Source: Dimorphilus gyrociliatus
Taxonomy: Eukaryota > Animalia > Annelida
Reading direction: 5' to 3'
Length of the DNA: 64,000 nt
Assembly: GCA_904063045.1 (NCBI GenBank)
Contig: CAJFCJ010000006.1
Coordinates: 5,286,408-5,350,407 of the forward strand
Made by a program: the position numbers and the translations under genes. Below the pieces are notes generated by a model. The model was given only the letters and a program-made list of their open reading frames with translations, did not search any database and was not told where the DNA came from. Positions 47,411 to 63,017 of this stretch are shown one piece after another (within the stretch, counting starts at the first letter, position 1; each line of letters starts with the position of its first letter).

Positions 47411-49119
47411 ATGGCGTTGAATATCAAGAAAGTGTTAATTAGCGATGAGATTGATGAAAAGTGTGTGAAAATTTTACGCGACAATTCAATTGAAGCAGTT
47501 AAAAATACAAAATTAAGCAAAGAAGAGCTGCTAGTGGAAATTCCCGTAAGTACTCCACTTGGCTAACGGAACTTTCCTAACCCTGACGGTGACCTAATTT
47601 ATAATTTTTCTCTTCTAGAAATACGACGGACTAATCGTCCGATCAGCCACCAAGGTTACTGCTGAGGTCATCAATGCCGGAAAGAATTTAAAAATAATTG
47701 GAAGGGCCGGCACCGGCACCGATAATATTGATGACAAGGCTGCGACGAAGAGAGGCGTTGTAGTTATGAACACTCCTGCCGGTAACACGTTGAGTGCTGC
47801 AGAACATACTTGTTGCATGATCGTGTGCCAGGCCAGGAATATCGCCGAAGCCAGAGCCACCATGCGCGAAGGTAAATGGGACAGAAAGAAGTTTATGGGA
47901 AACGAGCTTTTCGGTAAGACACTCGCTATCATTGGTCTAGGAAGAATCGGTAGAGAGGTGGCAACTAGAATGCAATCCTTTGGTATGACTACAATTGGCT
48001 ATGATCCCATCATACCTGGATCAGTCTCAGCTGAATTTAATGTCGAATGGCTTGAACTAAAAGATATTTGGCCTAGAGCAGATTATATTACAGTTCATAC
48101 CCCCCTAATTCCACAAACAAAAAATCTCTTGAACGACGAAGTGTTTGCAGCTTGTAAGAAGGGAGTTAAAATCATCAACTGTGCCAGAGGTGGTATTATT
48201 GATGAAGCTGCTCTTATTAGAGCCCTGGACAGTGGACAGTGCTCTGGAGCAGGTCTTGATGTTTTTGTTCAAGAGCCTCCGCCCGCCGATGATCCCCTTC
48301 GAAGTCATCCTTTGGTTACTTGCACTCCCCATTTAGGTGCTTCTACCGTTGAAGCACAAAATAGAGTTGCCGAAGAAATTGCTCAACAATTTGTTGATGC
48401 AAGAGACGGAAAACAATTATTTGGCGCAATTAATGCCCAAGCCTTAACGAACGCTCTAAAACCAGAAGCTCAGCCGTGGGTTCAATTGGGCAAAGATATC
48501 GGCCGCTTGGCTGCAGCTTTATTTAAAATTGACTCATCAACAACAGTCAAATTGATTACTATGGGTCCCGACTTTTCCCAGGCTAAATCTTACCTTCCGG
48601 CTGCCTGTCTGATGGGTCTGTTGAAAGATGATTCATTAAATTTGGTTTCAGCTCCAGCTGAAGCTAAATTGAAGAATATATCAGTTAGTGCAGAACATCA
48701 CGAGACCCCTTGTGGTCCTGTAATCGATTTGGAAGTGAAAAATGGTGAAACTTCCGTTCACTTTGGAGGTGTATGCAGCCTCACTCATGGAATTCTTGTA
48801 CAACTGGACGGTTATTTTGCACAACCGGTAGTACTTGAAGGTACTTTGGCTTTTATTGATTCAAAATACTTTCCCAAAGTTCTGGCAACAGGTAATTAAA
48901 ATTTAAATTCATTGGCAATTTTCATCACAATTTTCTATATATTTCATTACAGCTACAAAAAGTGATAAACCCATAATGACCTCATTTTCAACAACTAGGC
49001 CTAATTCATCATCGAATTATTGGTGTGTCCTTCAAGTTGAGGACGGCTGTACAAGTTCTAAACTAGGATTAGAGGATGCTGAAGTTGTCATATTGAAATT
49101 TAATGATCCTCAATGTTAA
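47411..49119 (+). CDS. PHGDH: D-3-phosphoglycerate dehydrogenase, 3 exons
   Basis: VLISDEID, LIVRSATKV, GRAGTGTDNID, NTPAGN, GLGRIGREVA, NCARGG and PHLGASTVEAQ. Confidence 0.95.
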
Positions 49120-49918
49120 ATATCTAGTGTCATATTTCTTTCAATCACAGGGTAGTTACCTAAACACCTGATTTTAATAAATATTTGACAATTTTTAGTT
49201 CTCGTCAATAAGAGCTTTTGACTTTTTTCTTCCATTGACTAGGTTTATCGCTTAATTATTCATTCAACCTTTGATCTACTAATGTTATAATTCAAAATTT
49301 TTCAAAACTTTATATAGAATCTTTGAAACGAACTTTCTACTTTGTTCTTTTTTTTTTTATTCAGTTTCACAATTAGTTATCTATTCTCCAACCTTTGATC
49401 TACAAATATTACAATTCAATTATTCTAAAACTTTTTAAGTAGAGATAATAGCTTGAGAGAATTTCCTATATCCTCCTGGACAGTCTAAACATAGTCTACA
49501 TAATCAAGATCTATTATCAACTAATATCAATAAGATTTCCCTTAGTGAATAAGCTATTTTGTAAAGGTTTTTTGGTAATAGAGTAGGGGGAGGGGATGGA
49601 ATTTATCATTAAAAACTAGAATAACTAATTATTTTATACTTAAAATGAAATGAGGATGTGTGTTTTATTCTCCTCAAAATATAATGTGAAATTCAAGTGA
49701 AAATGTATTCATCTTTACCAGTTTAAATTCAATCAAGGCCAAATAGAATAAAGACGCTACCTGCTAATTAATATTTAAACTAAATAAGGAATGAATATTT
49801 ATTCGTTCGTACATCTTTAACATAACAATAAACAAAATCGAAAAGAATGAGATTATTTGGATAATACTTTCTTTTCAAGATCTTTCTAGTTTTGCAACTA
49901 AAAAATTTCATCATTTTT

Positions 49919-50740
49919 TCAAGATTTTTCCAACTTTTGTATAAGTTGATTGGAAGCTGGTAAATCTCCATCCAAATTTGGTATTGATAGATCCGCACCT
50001 GATTTTAACAAAATTTTCAAAATTTCTTCATTCTCGTTGAGTAGAGCATAGTGTAATGGAACTTCTCCTTCTTTATCTTTAATATTAATATTTGCACCAT
50101 GTTCAATTAGTATTTGAGCAATATCTCCTCTTTCTCTATCACATGCCCAATGCAACAGACTTAGACCGGATTCATCTGGCTTATCTAGCATTCCTGAGTT
50201 GTTTTTCAACCAGACCCTTAATTCGCTTGTTAGGCCGTCTTTACACCATTCAAATTGAGGTTCACTTTTAGACATATTATCGTCATCTTTACTTTTCGCC
50301 ATAACACTTACTGATTTTGGAAGTTGTGTTCCTTTATTTCCTCCAGTTTCGGGAAGGTTAAGGGAATTGTCGGCAACTTCTTTCAATAATGAAACATAAC
50401 TGCTCATAGCGTCCTGTCTGCTCATGCCTTCCAAAGCTTTCCATGCTTGCCATTTTTTTTTAGCTTCAAATTCGTAGAATGCCGGCTTAGGTGTATGGCA
50501 ATTTCCAAACGTTGCTTGCTTATACCTAAGTACAAAATTTGTAAGTCATATGAAATGGTAACAGACTGAATTTTAGGTCTCTTGGTCAAAACAAAAAATA
50601 ATTCATATTTAGAAGCAATTAACAAACCTTGCGTACAAAGATAATAATTGATCAGTATTTAATTGATCAGCCATGACTTTCACATAGGTAGTTGCACGAT
50701 TAAACTCTTTTAAGAGCATATTATCTCCCGTAGAATTCAT
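49919..50740 (-). CDS. ACBD6: Acyl-CoA-binding domain + ankyrin repeat protein, 2 exons
   Basis: LLSLYAR|YKQATFGNC..PKPAFYEFEAKKKWQAWKAL (ACB domain), then ankyrin repeats (GLSLLHWACDR, GEVPLHYA). Confidence 0.9.
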
Positions 50741-50877
50741 TACGAGAAGGAATCTAGCAGATCAAGTTCAAGGCCGTTTGTCGGTGCAAATTATATATGA
50801 CAAGATGGCAGCACTGTTAATAAGACTTTTTATTTTAAAATATTTAGATTGTAAATAGAAATCAACGTAAAACATAG

Positions 50878-52820
<1,943 letters not shown>

Positions 52821-52919
52821 TTTGAATGTCAGATTTTCTTTATAAAATTCAACTTTAACCTATTCAAGTGTTAGATTTTCCCCACGGAAAATTTCTGCAA
52901 TAATTATACACACGTTTCG

Positions 52920-52950
52920 AGCGCCACCTACATTGGATTGCGCATGCGCA
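52920..52950. promoter_or_regulatory. CTCF-like and NRF1 motifs in the 180-bp ALDH9A1/HDAC1 bidirectional promoter
   Basis: AGCGCCACCTA (52920-52930) and a perfect TGCGCATGCGCA (52939-52950). Confidence 0.55.
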
Positions 52951-53000
52951 TTAAATCGCCGCCGCCGATTTCTTTTGTTTGACTTCAGTTTCTCACTAAA

Positions 53001-55363
53001 ATGACCACTCAACCGCACAGTAGAAAAAAGATCTGCTATTACTATGATGGTATGTAAATTAAGTTTTGAAATTAAAAAAAACTAGTAAATTTGCTTCTTT
53101 GACGAAGCAACTATAAGTGCGCTGAGTGATAATAGGGAATTATACACCTATAATATTTAGTACAGAATTCAATTTTATAACATGTAATTTTGTACCATAA
53201 TGTGTATTAAACTTTATATAAAAGATGAACTGAGGAGTAAAACTAAGAAATTAAAACGAGATCTTTAAAGTATAAGTAAAAAGTAGCGGGAAAAAACGCT
53301 ATAACTGCGACGACCAACGAATTCTATGCAGCACACAAAAAACTATAACTGCGAATATCATTGATTTTTGGAATTTCCAAATAGGTGATATCGGAAACTA
53401 TTACTACGGACAGGGACATCCGATGAAGCCCCATCGTATAAGAATGGCCCATAATTTATTGCTTAATTACGGTCTTTACAGAAAAATGGAAATTTATGTA
53501 AGTTAAAATTGTATTTTAGTTTGTATATAGAAACTTCTTTTGTTTAAACGTTATTGTTTTTTCTTTTTTAAAGAGACCTCTAAAAGCCAGCGCAGAAGAG
53601 ATGACAAAATTTCATAGTGACGAATATGTCAAATTCTTAAAAGGAATCCGACCCGATAACATGTCAGATTTCAATAAGCAGATGCAAAAATGTAAAGTTT
53701 TATTAATTTCGGTCATTTAATGTATAATTAATTTCATTCGTTTATATTTATATACAGTCAATGTAGGTGAAGATTGCCCAGTTTTCGATGGAATGTTTGA
53801 ATTTTGTCAATTATCTTGTGGAGGCTCAATTGCCGGAGCTGTTAAATTGAATAGAAATCAAACTGATATAGCCATAAATTGGGGAGGTGGACTTCATCAC
53901 GCTAAGAAATCGGAGGCTTCTGGATTCTGTTATGTTAATGACATTGTCCTTGCTATTCTTGAGCTTTTAAAGTATGTTTGTAAATTTAGCGACTATTTCA
54001 TAATCAACACCATTATTATAGGTATCATCCCAGAGTTTTGTACATTGATATTGATATTCACCACGGTGATGGTGTTGAAGAAGCTTTTTATACAACTGAT
54101 AGAGTTATGACGGTCTCATTTCACAAATACGGTGAATATTTTCCTGGTACAGGAGACCTTAGAGATATCGGAGCAGGGAAGGGAAAATATTACGCCGTTA
54201 ATTTCCCTCTAAGAGATGGTATTGATGATGAAAATTATGAACAGATATTTTGTCCCGTAAGTTTTCAACTTATACTGTCTATATAAATATATATATATAT
54301 ATAGATTCTATTGATCTAAATCTGTAGAAATTATCCCTAAATAATCCAATATAGGTTATGCAAAAAGTAATGGAAATGTATCAACCAACTGCGATTGTTT
54401 TACAATGTGGCTCTGATTCTCTTACTGGCGATCGTTTGGGCTGCTTTAATTTAACTCTGAAAGGTTAGTTTAATAAATGGATTATCTATTTGCAATGAAT
54501 GCATTATTTAATATTTTAATTTTAAATCAATTAGGTCACGGTAAATGCGTGGAATATATGAAGAAATTTAATCTGCCTCTTTTGTTACTTGGTGGAGGTG
54601 GCTATACTATTCGTAACGTTGCAAGATGTTGGACTTACGAGACGTCAATTGCTTTAGACGTCGATGTTGCTAATGGTAAGATACATTTGATTTATTATTA
54701 TTTAATTAAGTAAATGTTTATATATTTATGTTTTTCTAGAACTGCCTTATAATGATTACTTTGAATATTACGGACCTGACTTTAAATTACATATCAGTCC
54801 CAGCAATATGACTAATCAAAACACGCCAGACTACTTGGATAAAATAAAAGCGAGATTATTCGAAAATCTTAGAATGTTGCCACATGCCCCCGGAGTTCAA
54901 ATGCAAGGTTAGCCTAAATGAATATCTAGTTTAATTAGTTTTGAAATACTTATTTTTGCTTTTATATAGATATACCCGAAGATTCAATAAATATGGACGA
55001 TAATGAAGACGACAAACAAGATCCAGATAAAAGAGTATCAAGTATGACTATTCTTTATAAACAGATAACTATTAATTGAGAGGACAACTACTTATGTCTA
55101 TTTTGTTAGTTCGTGCCAGTGATAAACGAGTTATACGTGATGAAGAGCTTGACGACTCAGAAGACGAAAGCGAAGGACGAAAAGATCGCGAAAATTACAA
55201 AAATAAGCGTCTAAAGCTTGAAGAGGGCCAAAAGCCAAATAATGAAACAAACGGTGAAACGAAGATGGAAACCAAAGTTGAGACTGTTGAACCTCCACAA
55301 GAGAAGATCGAAAAGGCAACGGAAGATGTTGAAATGAAGGAAGCTACCCCCGAAAACAACTAG
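53001..55363 (+). CDS. HDAC1: Histone deacetylase 1/2 (Rpd3), about 9 exons
   Basis: YYYDG|[50 protein letters not shown] and [14 protein letters not shown]. Confidence 0.97.
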
Positions 55364-55946
55364 TGTTTCGGATTTAATATGTACTTTATTTTGGATTATG
55401 TGTAGTAAACAACGTAGTCTATCTTACTCCTGTACAGTAGTATTTTGTACAGAAGTATATTTTTCTTAAAATTAAACGTCTGACAAAGGCCAGAAACTTT
55501 TAACGATAGCTATTACTATTTATCATTATTCACATAAAGATTTTTTTCTAGACAAGTAAATGTATTATGGCAAAAAAAAAAATCGATGACGGCATTAGAG
55601 ACAGTGACTATACATAGCAGATCATTCGGTCCATTCTCTCTTATAATAAATTGTTATTTTCTTTTTTTTTTCAGATCTTGTAAAATATTCACTAAAAAAG
55701 TCTTTTTGTAAGAAAAAATATTGATAAAATCTAAAACGTTTTAAAATACAACAAAAGAGCACTCGAACAACATCAGAGTATTAAGAAATTGACTTCTTAT
55801 TGCTAACTACTTTTTTTATCCATTTTTTAAAACCATAGAGTTATAAACATAACACATAGATTGTATATATAGATAATTAAATATGAGATTACGAAATACA
55901 TAACTAAATAAATTCTCTTTTTTTATAGAAAATACTCTCCCCTATT

Positions 55947-56756
55947 CTATTCAGACTTTATGTCTGGAACATCATTATGTATAGCTTTCTTTTCTGTACC
56001 GCCATTTGTGTTGGTTCCGTTTCCTGGGTTGTTGTTTGTATTGCCAGCACTTCCTCCGCTGCTGCCACCGCCATTTCCAGCTCCAGTGGGCCAAGGACTG
56101 TTCATCGGGGAAACACCAGCTGACGTGGGTATTTCTGAATTTTCCGGTTCGAATTGGTTATTCTCTAAGCGTGTTATAAGCCTTTCGTCCTCGTCTCCGA
56201 ATTCTCCGCCCATCAACGTAGGTTCTCCAACAACCATCACATCACCGGGTGTGAAGCCCTGAGGTCCTTAAATTAGAGAAAAGAAGAAAGAGAAAAGTTT
56301 GATGAGAATGTTTGATAAAATAGTTTAAAGAATAAAACACAACATCATGTACAGTATACTGAAAATTGTTTGACCCTTTAAACTCTTTCCCGCCCCCTGC
56401 TATTCCTTAAGATTTTATTAACAAACTAAACCTTTGAAGTTGTTGGGTGGGGTAAAGGCGTTTTAATTCCACTTCAGAAAACTTACCAGGAGAACGTTTT
56501 TGTTTAGGCGTGCTTTCTCTTGAACCAGCGCTCCCTCCTGGAGTACCAGCAGCTCCTGCTGATGACTTTCTTTTTCTACGTTTGTTCGGTTGTCTCGACG
56601 ATTCTTCAAAGTGAATAATAAAATAACAATTAAATAATTTATCAAATAAACATAACCGAAAAATAAACACCAAGATTTTCGCAAAAAATCAGAGAGAGTA
56701 TATAAAAAACTGATGAAGTTATGTAAGATCTTTGTCAATATACTGCATATATATAA

Positions 56757-56788
<32 letters not shown>

Positions 56789-59700
56789 CCTTTCACTTTG
56801 TTAATAAATGTTATTTATCAACTAATTAACCATTAAATGTTATCTTTGCAAAAAAAGAAAATTGTAGTAGTGGTAGTATTATTATTATTTATAGAAGGAA
56901 GAAAGAGAAAAGAAGATAAGGAAGAGAAGGTAGTTAAAAATTTTAAGTTTCTCTTTTTTTAATAACAATTTTATCTTTGTTGTTTTTTCAATACTTTACG
57001 AAAACGACAGATATGAAAAATGGAATTGTTCAAGGGGAAGAGAGAAAGAGAGAGAGAGAGAGAAGAAAAAGGTATGATACGGGTGTAAAGAAAGAGAGAA
57101 AGAAAGAGAGAGAGAGAGAGAAGAAAGATAGAAAAAGAAAGAAAAAGTAATAAGAGAACGCAATCTAAACCATTTACTTTTCGCTTTGTCCGATATCTCG
57201 TTTGCGTAGGTAGAAGACGCTAAATGACGTCAAAGTTGTAAAAAAAAGTGGTTTTTTGTTTGTTTTTTTTGGGGATACTATAAATTATTAAATCGATATT
57301 TTTTCCTATTTTTTATACTAAAAAAAGTTGCTTTCTGTCTATTTTCTTAAGAATTATATACTGAATATACGAAATGTATCAAATGAAAACAGAACTATAT
57401 GTTTAAAAAAGAGTAGTGACGTTGTTAATACTATTTATTTCTTGGTAAAGAAAACATTGTTTTTTTTCCAAACTGTATTTTATATATCCACTTATATTCT
57501 ATTTATTTTATTCTCTTTTTAAATCTTATTTATTAAATGTTGCAAGTATAATTCTTAAAAGCGTTGTAAGTAACGCAGAAAGATATTTAGAAACAGTTGA
57601 CAAAAATGGAATAGTTAGAATATTTCTTGTGTTAAAACTATAAAAAAATAAAAGAATAGTATTACCTCTTTCTCTCTCTCTCTCTCTGCCTGTCTGTCTG
57701 TCTCTCTATCTCAATTTCTCACTGTGTTTTATATTTTCTAGAATGAGTATTTTATGCTTTGTTTTGAATTTTTAAACTTTAGAGAATATCAGCTAAAGTC
57801 TATATCCCTGTTTATAAAAGTATTAACTATTGTATAGCAAAACCTAAAACTTAACTATTATAAATACTTTTTCCCTAAGCTTAATCAATGTGTGAATAAA
57901 CTTGAAAGAAATGTTAAAATTATAGCCTTTTGATCTGTTAGAATAAAAAAACTAAGGCAGTTCCTGTTTTCATCTGATACCACCTTGTGCTATATACGAT
58001 GTATTTATAAAATCTTACCAGGTGGCGCAACCATTCGTTGCCATTTCTGAAAAAGAGTAGTTTTCAGGCAGTCTCTAGGGTTCAAACCGTAAGCCTTATG
58101 ACGCGACATTAACTCCTGCATCGGCTCTAGTATGACGCACAGCTATGATGAAAATTATAGATAAGTCATAAAGAAAATCAATTCTTAGAGAATATAAGAA
58201 CTGTTACCCTTAAAAAATTCAATGTGTAATTGGTAAGACCTTGCCGAGTAATGTTTTTCGTCAACTGCTCCATCATACCAGCATCTTGTTGTTGCATGGC
58301 TATTACATTACGCGGTATAAATTCTTTGAAATTCCTCATACTAAAATTCCACGATCGAATTCTCATCATGTCGTCACAAGTAAACTCCAGCAAGAGTCTA
58401 CCTTCTGTAACAACCTTGGTGAAAAGTGGTTGACCGTGATGGGTGACCTGAAACGCTTGATCGCAATCCAATGTTATAGTTGTGTTATGAAAAGATTCCT
58501 TGTATTTCTTAACAACAAAATACAAATCAGTAACGCCTCCTTCGAAGATTGACCGAAAATAACGCGGTATCAATGTCCGTCCAATTGCTAGGTGAGAAAA
58601 TTAATTACACGTATAGTATTTATCTTTGGATAAATACACCATAATCTTAAGTAGATATAATTAATTTGTATTTCAACATATACGTTGTCTTATATATATT
58701 GTTTTCAGTATATTGTATATGTTTACATACAATTGTGTATATATAAGGACTAATGCTTACTATATCTTTTGAGACCATCCTCTAAGCAGAATTGTAAAGT
58801 TAGTATCGCGTCATCTTCGAAAAATTCAGTTGCGAAAGCATCCCACCATAAATTTTCACTTTGATCCAATCCCATACTCTAAACAAAATAAAAATAGAAC
58901 ATTCAAATATAAACAATACACGTAAAATCACACAAGATAAAGAAAATTTATTTATATGCGTCTAAAGACATTTGTTTACAAACCTCGCATCTTTGTGCTA
59001 ATCGCTTATTTAAGTCGAAAATTCTGTAATCCGGTTGACCCATGTATGGACGTCTGTTTTGATAAAATGGTATAGTAAATGGGGAGGCTTCGTATGCGGA
59101 ATGAAAGGGATGATAAGGTTGTAATGGCATATTCATCGTTGGAAACAAATAGAACTCCACAAAACTCGACAAACTAATAGTAATAAGAGTATTGGCCACT
59201 AGGCGGAGTTGTTATCGTTATCTCACGCCTTTCTAATAATTTTCCAATATCCGAACATTACGCGTTAAAACAGTCGGTAAACTTTCACAAGCGCAAACAA
59301 AAACATACGGGTAGCATATGCCGATAAAAGCTGAAAAAGAATAGAATAGAGGAAAAAACGTAATCCAGTGTTGACTAATCTAGTTTCCGTTATTGAATTA
59401 TTCAAAGTCAAATCTCGATGAGACGTCAAAAAAGGGGTGGAAAAACCTGGGCACTCATACGCTTCATAAAACAAAGCTAAGAGCTACTAATAAAATAATG
59501 TTCCCATGACTACGTAGTCGGGGCCAAAACGAGTGTCCTTGGTTTGTTCTTAATGATTAGCGAGAGTTTTAGCTAAATTATCGATCGTGCTAAAGAGGAG
59601 AGGTAAGTAGAAACCTTTCCAGAACGTGCAATAGAAATACAAAGAAAACTTAATAGATAATTCAACAGATTTCTCTCCTCATTTAATCTAAGCGAAGAGA

Positions 59701-60724
59701 AAAAGCGTCCAAATAAAAGAGATAGATAGACAGATAGATTTAGACAAAAAGTTATTTAAAAAACAAAAATAGAAATACCACAATATTGCCCGACAGAATG
59801 AGAGAAGGAAACTGCGCAAACTTCGCAGCGGCGTCCAAATAAAACGCCACCTGATAAGGCATAATAAAGGCGAAGCTTATCAGTTAATAAGAAGAAACGT
59901 TTAAGTCTCTTTAGCCCCTTCAGTACATAGTTCATTCTGACATTTTCTTATCCAAGTACGCATTGGGACTTAATTAGATATTCAAATCAGCTATAAATCT
60001 CGATAGGAAAAAATCTGGACGTTAAGGTTGCTTATGGTATAAGACAGATCACGTAAATAGAGATAACAATCTTTCTCTGTTTCTCTGTCTCTATACAAAT
60101 AACAGTGCCTCACCTAGGAAAATGATGCCATCTGTTGAGCAAGGTAGAAAGTTTTTAACGAGGACTCGCGTTAAATTATTAACGCTTGTCGCCATATGCT
60201 GGTATATTGACGTACAATTAAGCATCTAATTATTTTACTTGACATAAACCTACTATTTCAACGGCTTCCTTTGAATATACAATGAGGCTACTCCTTTTAT
60301 CGATTGGACAGACAAGGAAAATTGCGTATACGAAAAATAAGTCGCAAGTTTATACTTACGGAGGTGGCATATGATGTCCCGGTGGGCCGCTCATCATTGG
60401 TCCCATTGGAACCATAGGCATTGCATGTGGTGGAGGAATTCCACCTGCCATCGGCATACTTCCCGAAATAGGAGGACCGCCATTAGGTAAAGAATTCATT
60501 GGCATAGGCACACCAGTGGGTGGCATAGGTCCAGGTGTCAAACTGTGAGGGGGCAGTGATGGATCAGATCCTGGCATTGTCCGGTCCATGGGAGGTACCG
60601 GACTGTGCATGGGCCCAGGCGCCATCCTATGTCCAGGAGCAGCTGGACTAGGGGTAGAACCCGCAATATCCAGACTGGCGTCTTGGGGAGACGACTTTCT
60701 GGTACGCCTTCTTTGACTCGGAAT
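55947..60724 (-). CDS. LDB: LIM domain-binding protein (LDB/Chip), multi-exon, 5' end alternative or unresolved
   Basis: DYRIFDLNKRL, LWWDAFATEFFEDDA, TLIPRYFRSIFEGGV, LEPMQELMSRHK, the NLS KRRKRK and the LID DVMVVGEPTLMGGEFGDEDERLITRLEN. An upstream Pro-rich exon lies at 60724-60360. Confidence 0.95.
56747..56788. repeat. (AT)n microsatellite in an LDB intron
   Basis: Directly visible. Confidence 0.85.
57036..57150. repeat. Purine-rich (GA)n/GAAA tract in an LDB intron, with a complementary-type (TC)n/(TGTC)n tract at ~57665-57710
   Basis: Directly visible low-complexity runs. Confidence 0.8.
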
Positions 60725-63017
60725 CTGTAACAGCAACGTATTTAACGAGGCGAATAAAATCGCAGCGACAAATAGAAGTTGACAAGGCAAACCGAAAAAG
60801 GGTCTGACATGTTTGTTCAAGAGATATATTTTTCGAAAAGCGGTAGTTGATGTGCATTGTGATCAGAGAGAGAAATAATGAATTGATGGGAGGGAGGTTT
60901 AAACAATAACAACGGAATAAAAGGGCTGGATGAAAAAATTATAATGAGCGATAAATGAGCGTTTTAAAAACAATTAAGATACAACAAAGCCGCTTTACCT
61001 CCAAACTACGCACCCTGTCTACGCTAAATTTCCTAGTAAACGTTTCCAAGTACAACAAACCTTGGCGTCTTGTGGTCACTGAAGAGAATTCAGTGCTTAT
61101 CAGCGAAAAAAAATTAAAATATTCAGTTCTGCCGACACATCGATTGTATACACCGCAAGGAACTATGGGATTGTTATGTTTTCAACGCTCTTCCCTGAAT
61201 GTACCATAGATGGCGCACTATGTTACTACGGCTATAGTATGGCGGTAAGCAATTAAATGCTGCGTCGCTTATAATTAAAATGATAAGCGAAAGAACAAGA
61301 TGAAAGGGGACGAAATAGTTGTTAACTACATATGTATCAAAGCCATGCCCAGAAACGCGGAAGTCGCTTGTCATAGACTGCTCGCGGAAATTTGTGCTTT
61401 TATGTAAAAACAAAAAAAAACAAAAAAAAAGAAGATAAGAGCAAAACGTAAGATTTTTCTCTAATATGAATAAATTTCAATTAATATTGCTGACGGATAT
61501 AAGCTAACGAGCGTTTGATAGGTAAATTAACGGCTTTAAAACGTCTCAGTCGATTGCATTGAACGTGATTACGATGGCACGTCTGACGATATTAATTGCC
61601 TATTAAGTTCGAAAAATGGCGGGACTTTTGTCTTGGAATTCAACAGAGCGAAAGGCAAGCTATTCTCTTATAATTCCGCCTAATGGTCATTGCATTGCAT
61701 ATGAAAAGTTTTAGTCCCAAAACGATAATATTTATTCCTTCCTCCTTCCTCAATCAAATATTATAAAACATAAAAAAATACCTTATAGGTATAGACATAT
61801 TCTTGTTGACGAATTATTCAGACCTCACACGATCCTATCAATAAAAAGAATGTTCTTTTATTTGAAATTATAGCGCGAAAACGGAATGATTCAAAAATCA
61901 TGGTAAAGGTTATCGAGTGCAAGCCGAGTATTGGTCGGTCGATTGGATAAGAATCCATGAATATTCATCGCTTATATATATACAAATGTTGTATTTACAC
62001 TGGCGCGTGCTGAGGATGAGATAGTGATTTGCGTTTTACACTTTCTTATATATGTTTATTCAAAAATAACTTCTTGTTTTGTTTACATTCTTAAAGGAAA
62101 AAGAAATTCAGTGGTAAGTAGTTTGTCACCAAGTGTTTGTATAGGCCTAAATATCGACTACACCCACGTGTGTAAACATGACTTTGGCCTCTGATAGATC
62201 CTCTACAGCTGTCCCTACTGTTCATATAGACTTCTATTTTTACAGCTTTTTAGCTATCATTTTCATTTTTTTGTTTTGTCGTTCATTAACCTATTTTTTT
62301 TCTACAATTAAAAAATAATACGTACATTTTCGCCCTATAATTTGAATCATACTTCTCTTGCTCACTTATCCCACTCACTCGCTTACTCTCTTTTCGTTGT
62401 CTTATACTCATATACTGTATATAGTATAGGTATATTATCTTCTTGGTCTTTATATTTATAATTTCTATCAAATTTGCCCTCGAATTTAACTTCTTCATCG
62501 TAATCTTAACAACGTATAATTCGTCGTCGTCTTTCCTTTCGTTTATATTTTTATGGTTAGTTTGTTTACATAGTTTTAGATAGCGTTCGTTATGTATACA
62601 AGAGAAAGTCGGTTGATTATCTAAAAGTGTGCAGAGCTTCAACTTTTTTCTTCTTTAACCTTAATATTAGCTTAAAATATTAGTTCTTTAATAATATTAA
62701 AGCTATCTCTTTGCCTATTTTTATTCAAAATACTATAAGCAGAGAGTTCATATAAAATGTTAGGCCTAAAGCTTGACTTTTTTTTCTAATAAAAGTTTTT
62801 AAAAGCCTCTTTATTTTCGTTTCAGGATTTGACCGACTTCTAGGAAAGCTAGGCCTTTTTAAAGCACCGGACAACCCCTCTTCAGAGAGCGAAAGAGAGA
62901 TAGCCGCCATTTACAATATCGATATCAGGATTTTCTTTTTGTTTTATAGATTTGATAAGATTGAAAAACAGATCAAAACAAAAATAATTTAAAGTTAATA
63001 AAATAAAAAAAGAGGAT

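Noticed and set aside
58017-58028. ACCAGGTGGCGC as a CTCF site
   Set aside because: It lies in LDB coding sequence at an exon end (VAPPG) and is explained by codon constraints.
62725-62910. ORF MAAISLSL... as the first coding exon of LDB
   Set aside because: No phase-0 GT donor was found to join it to the Pro-rich exon acceptor at 60724; it may be 5'UTR or chance.
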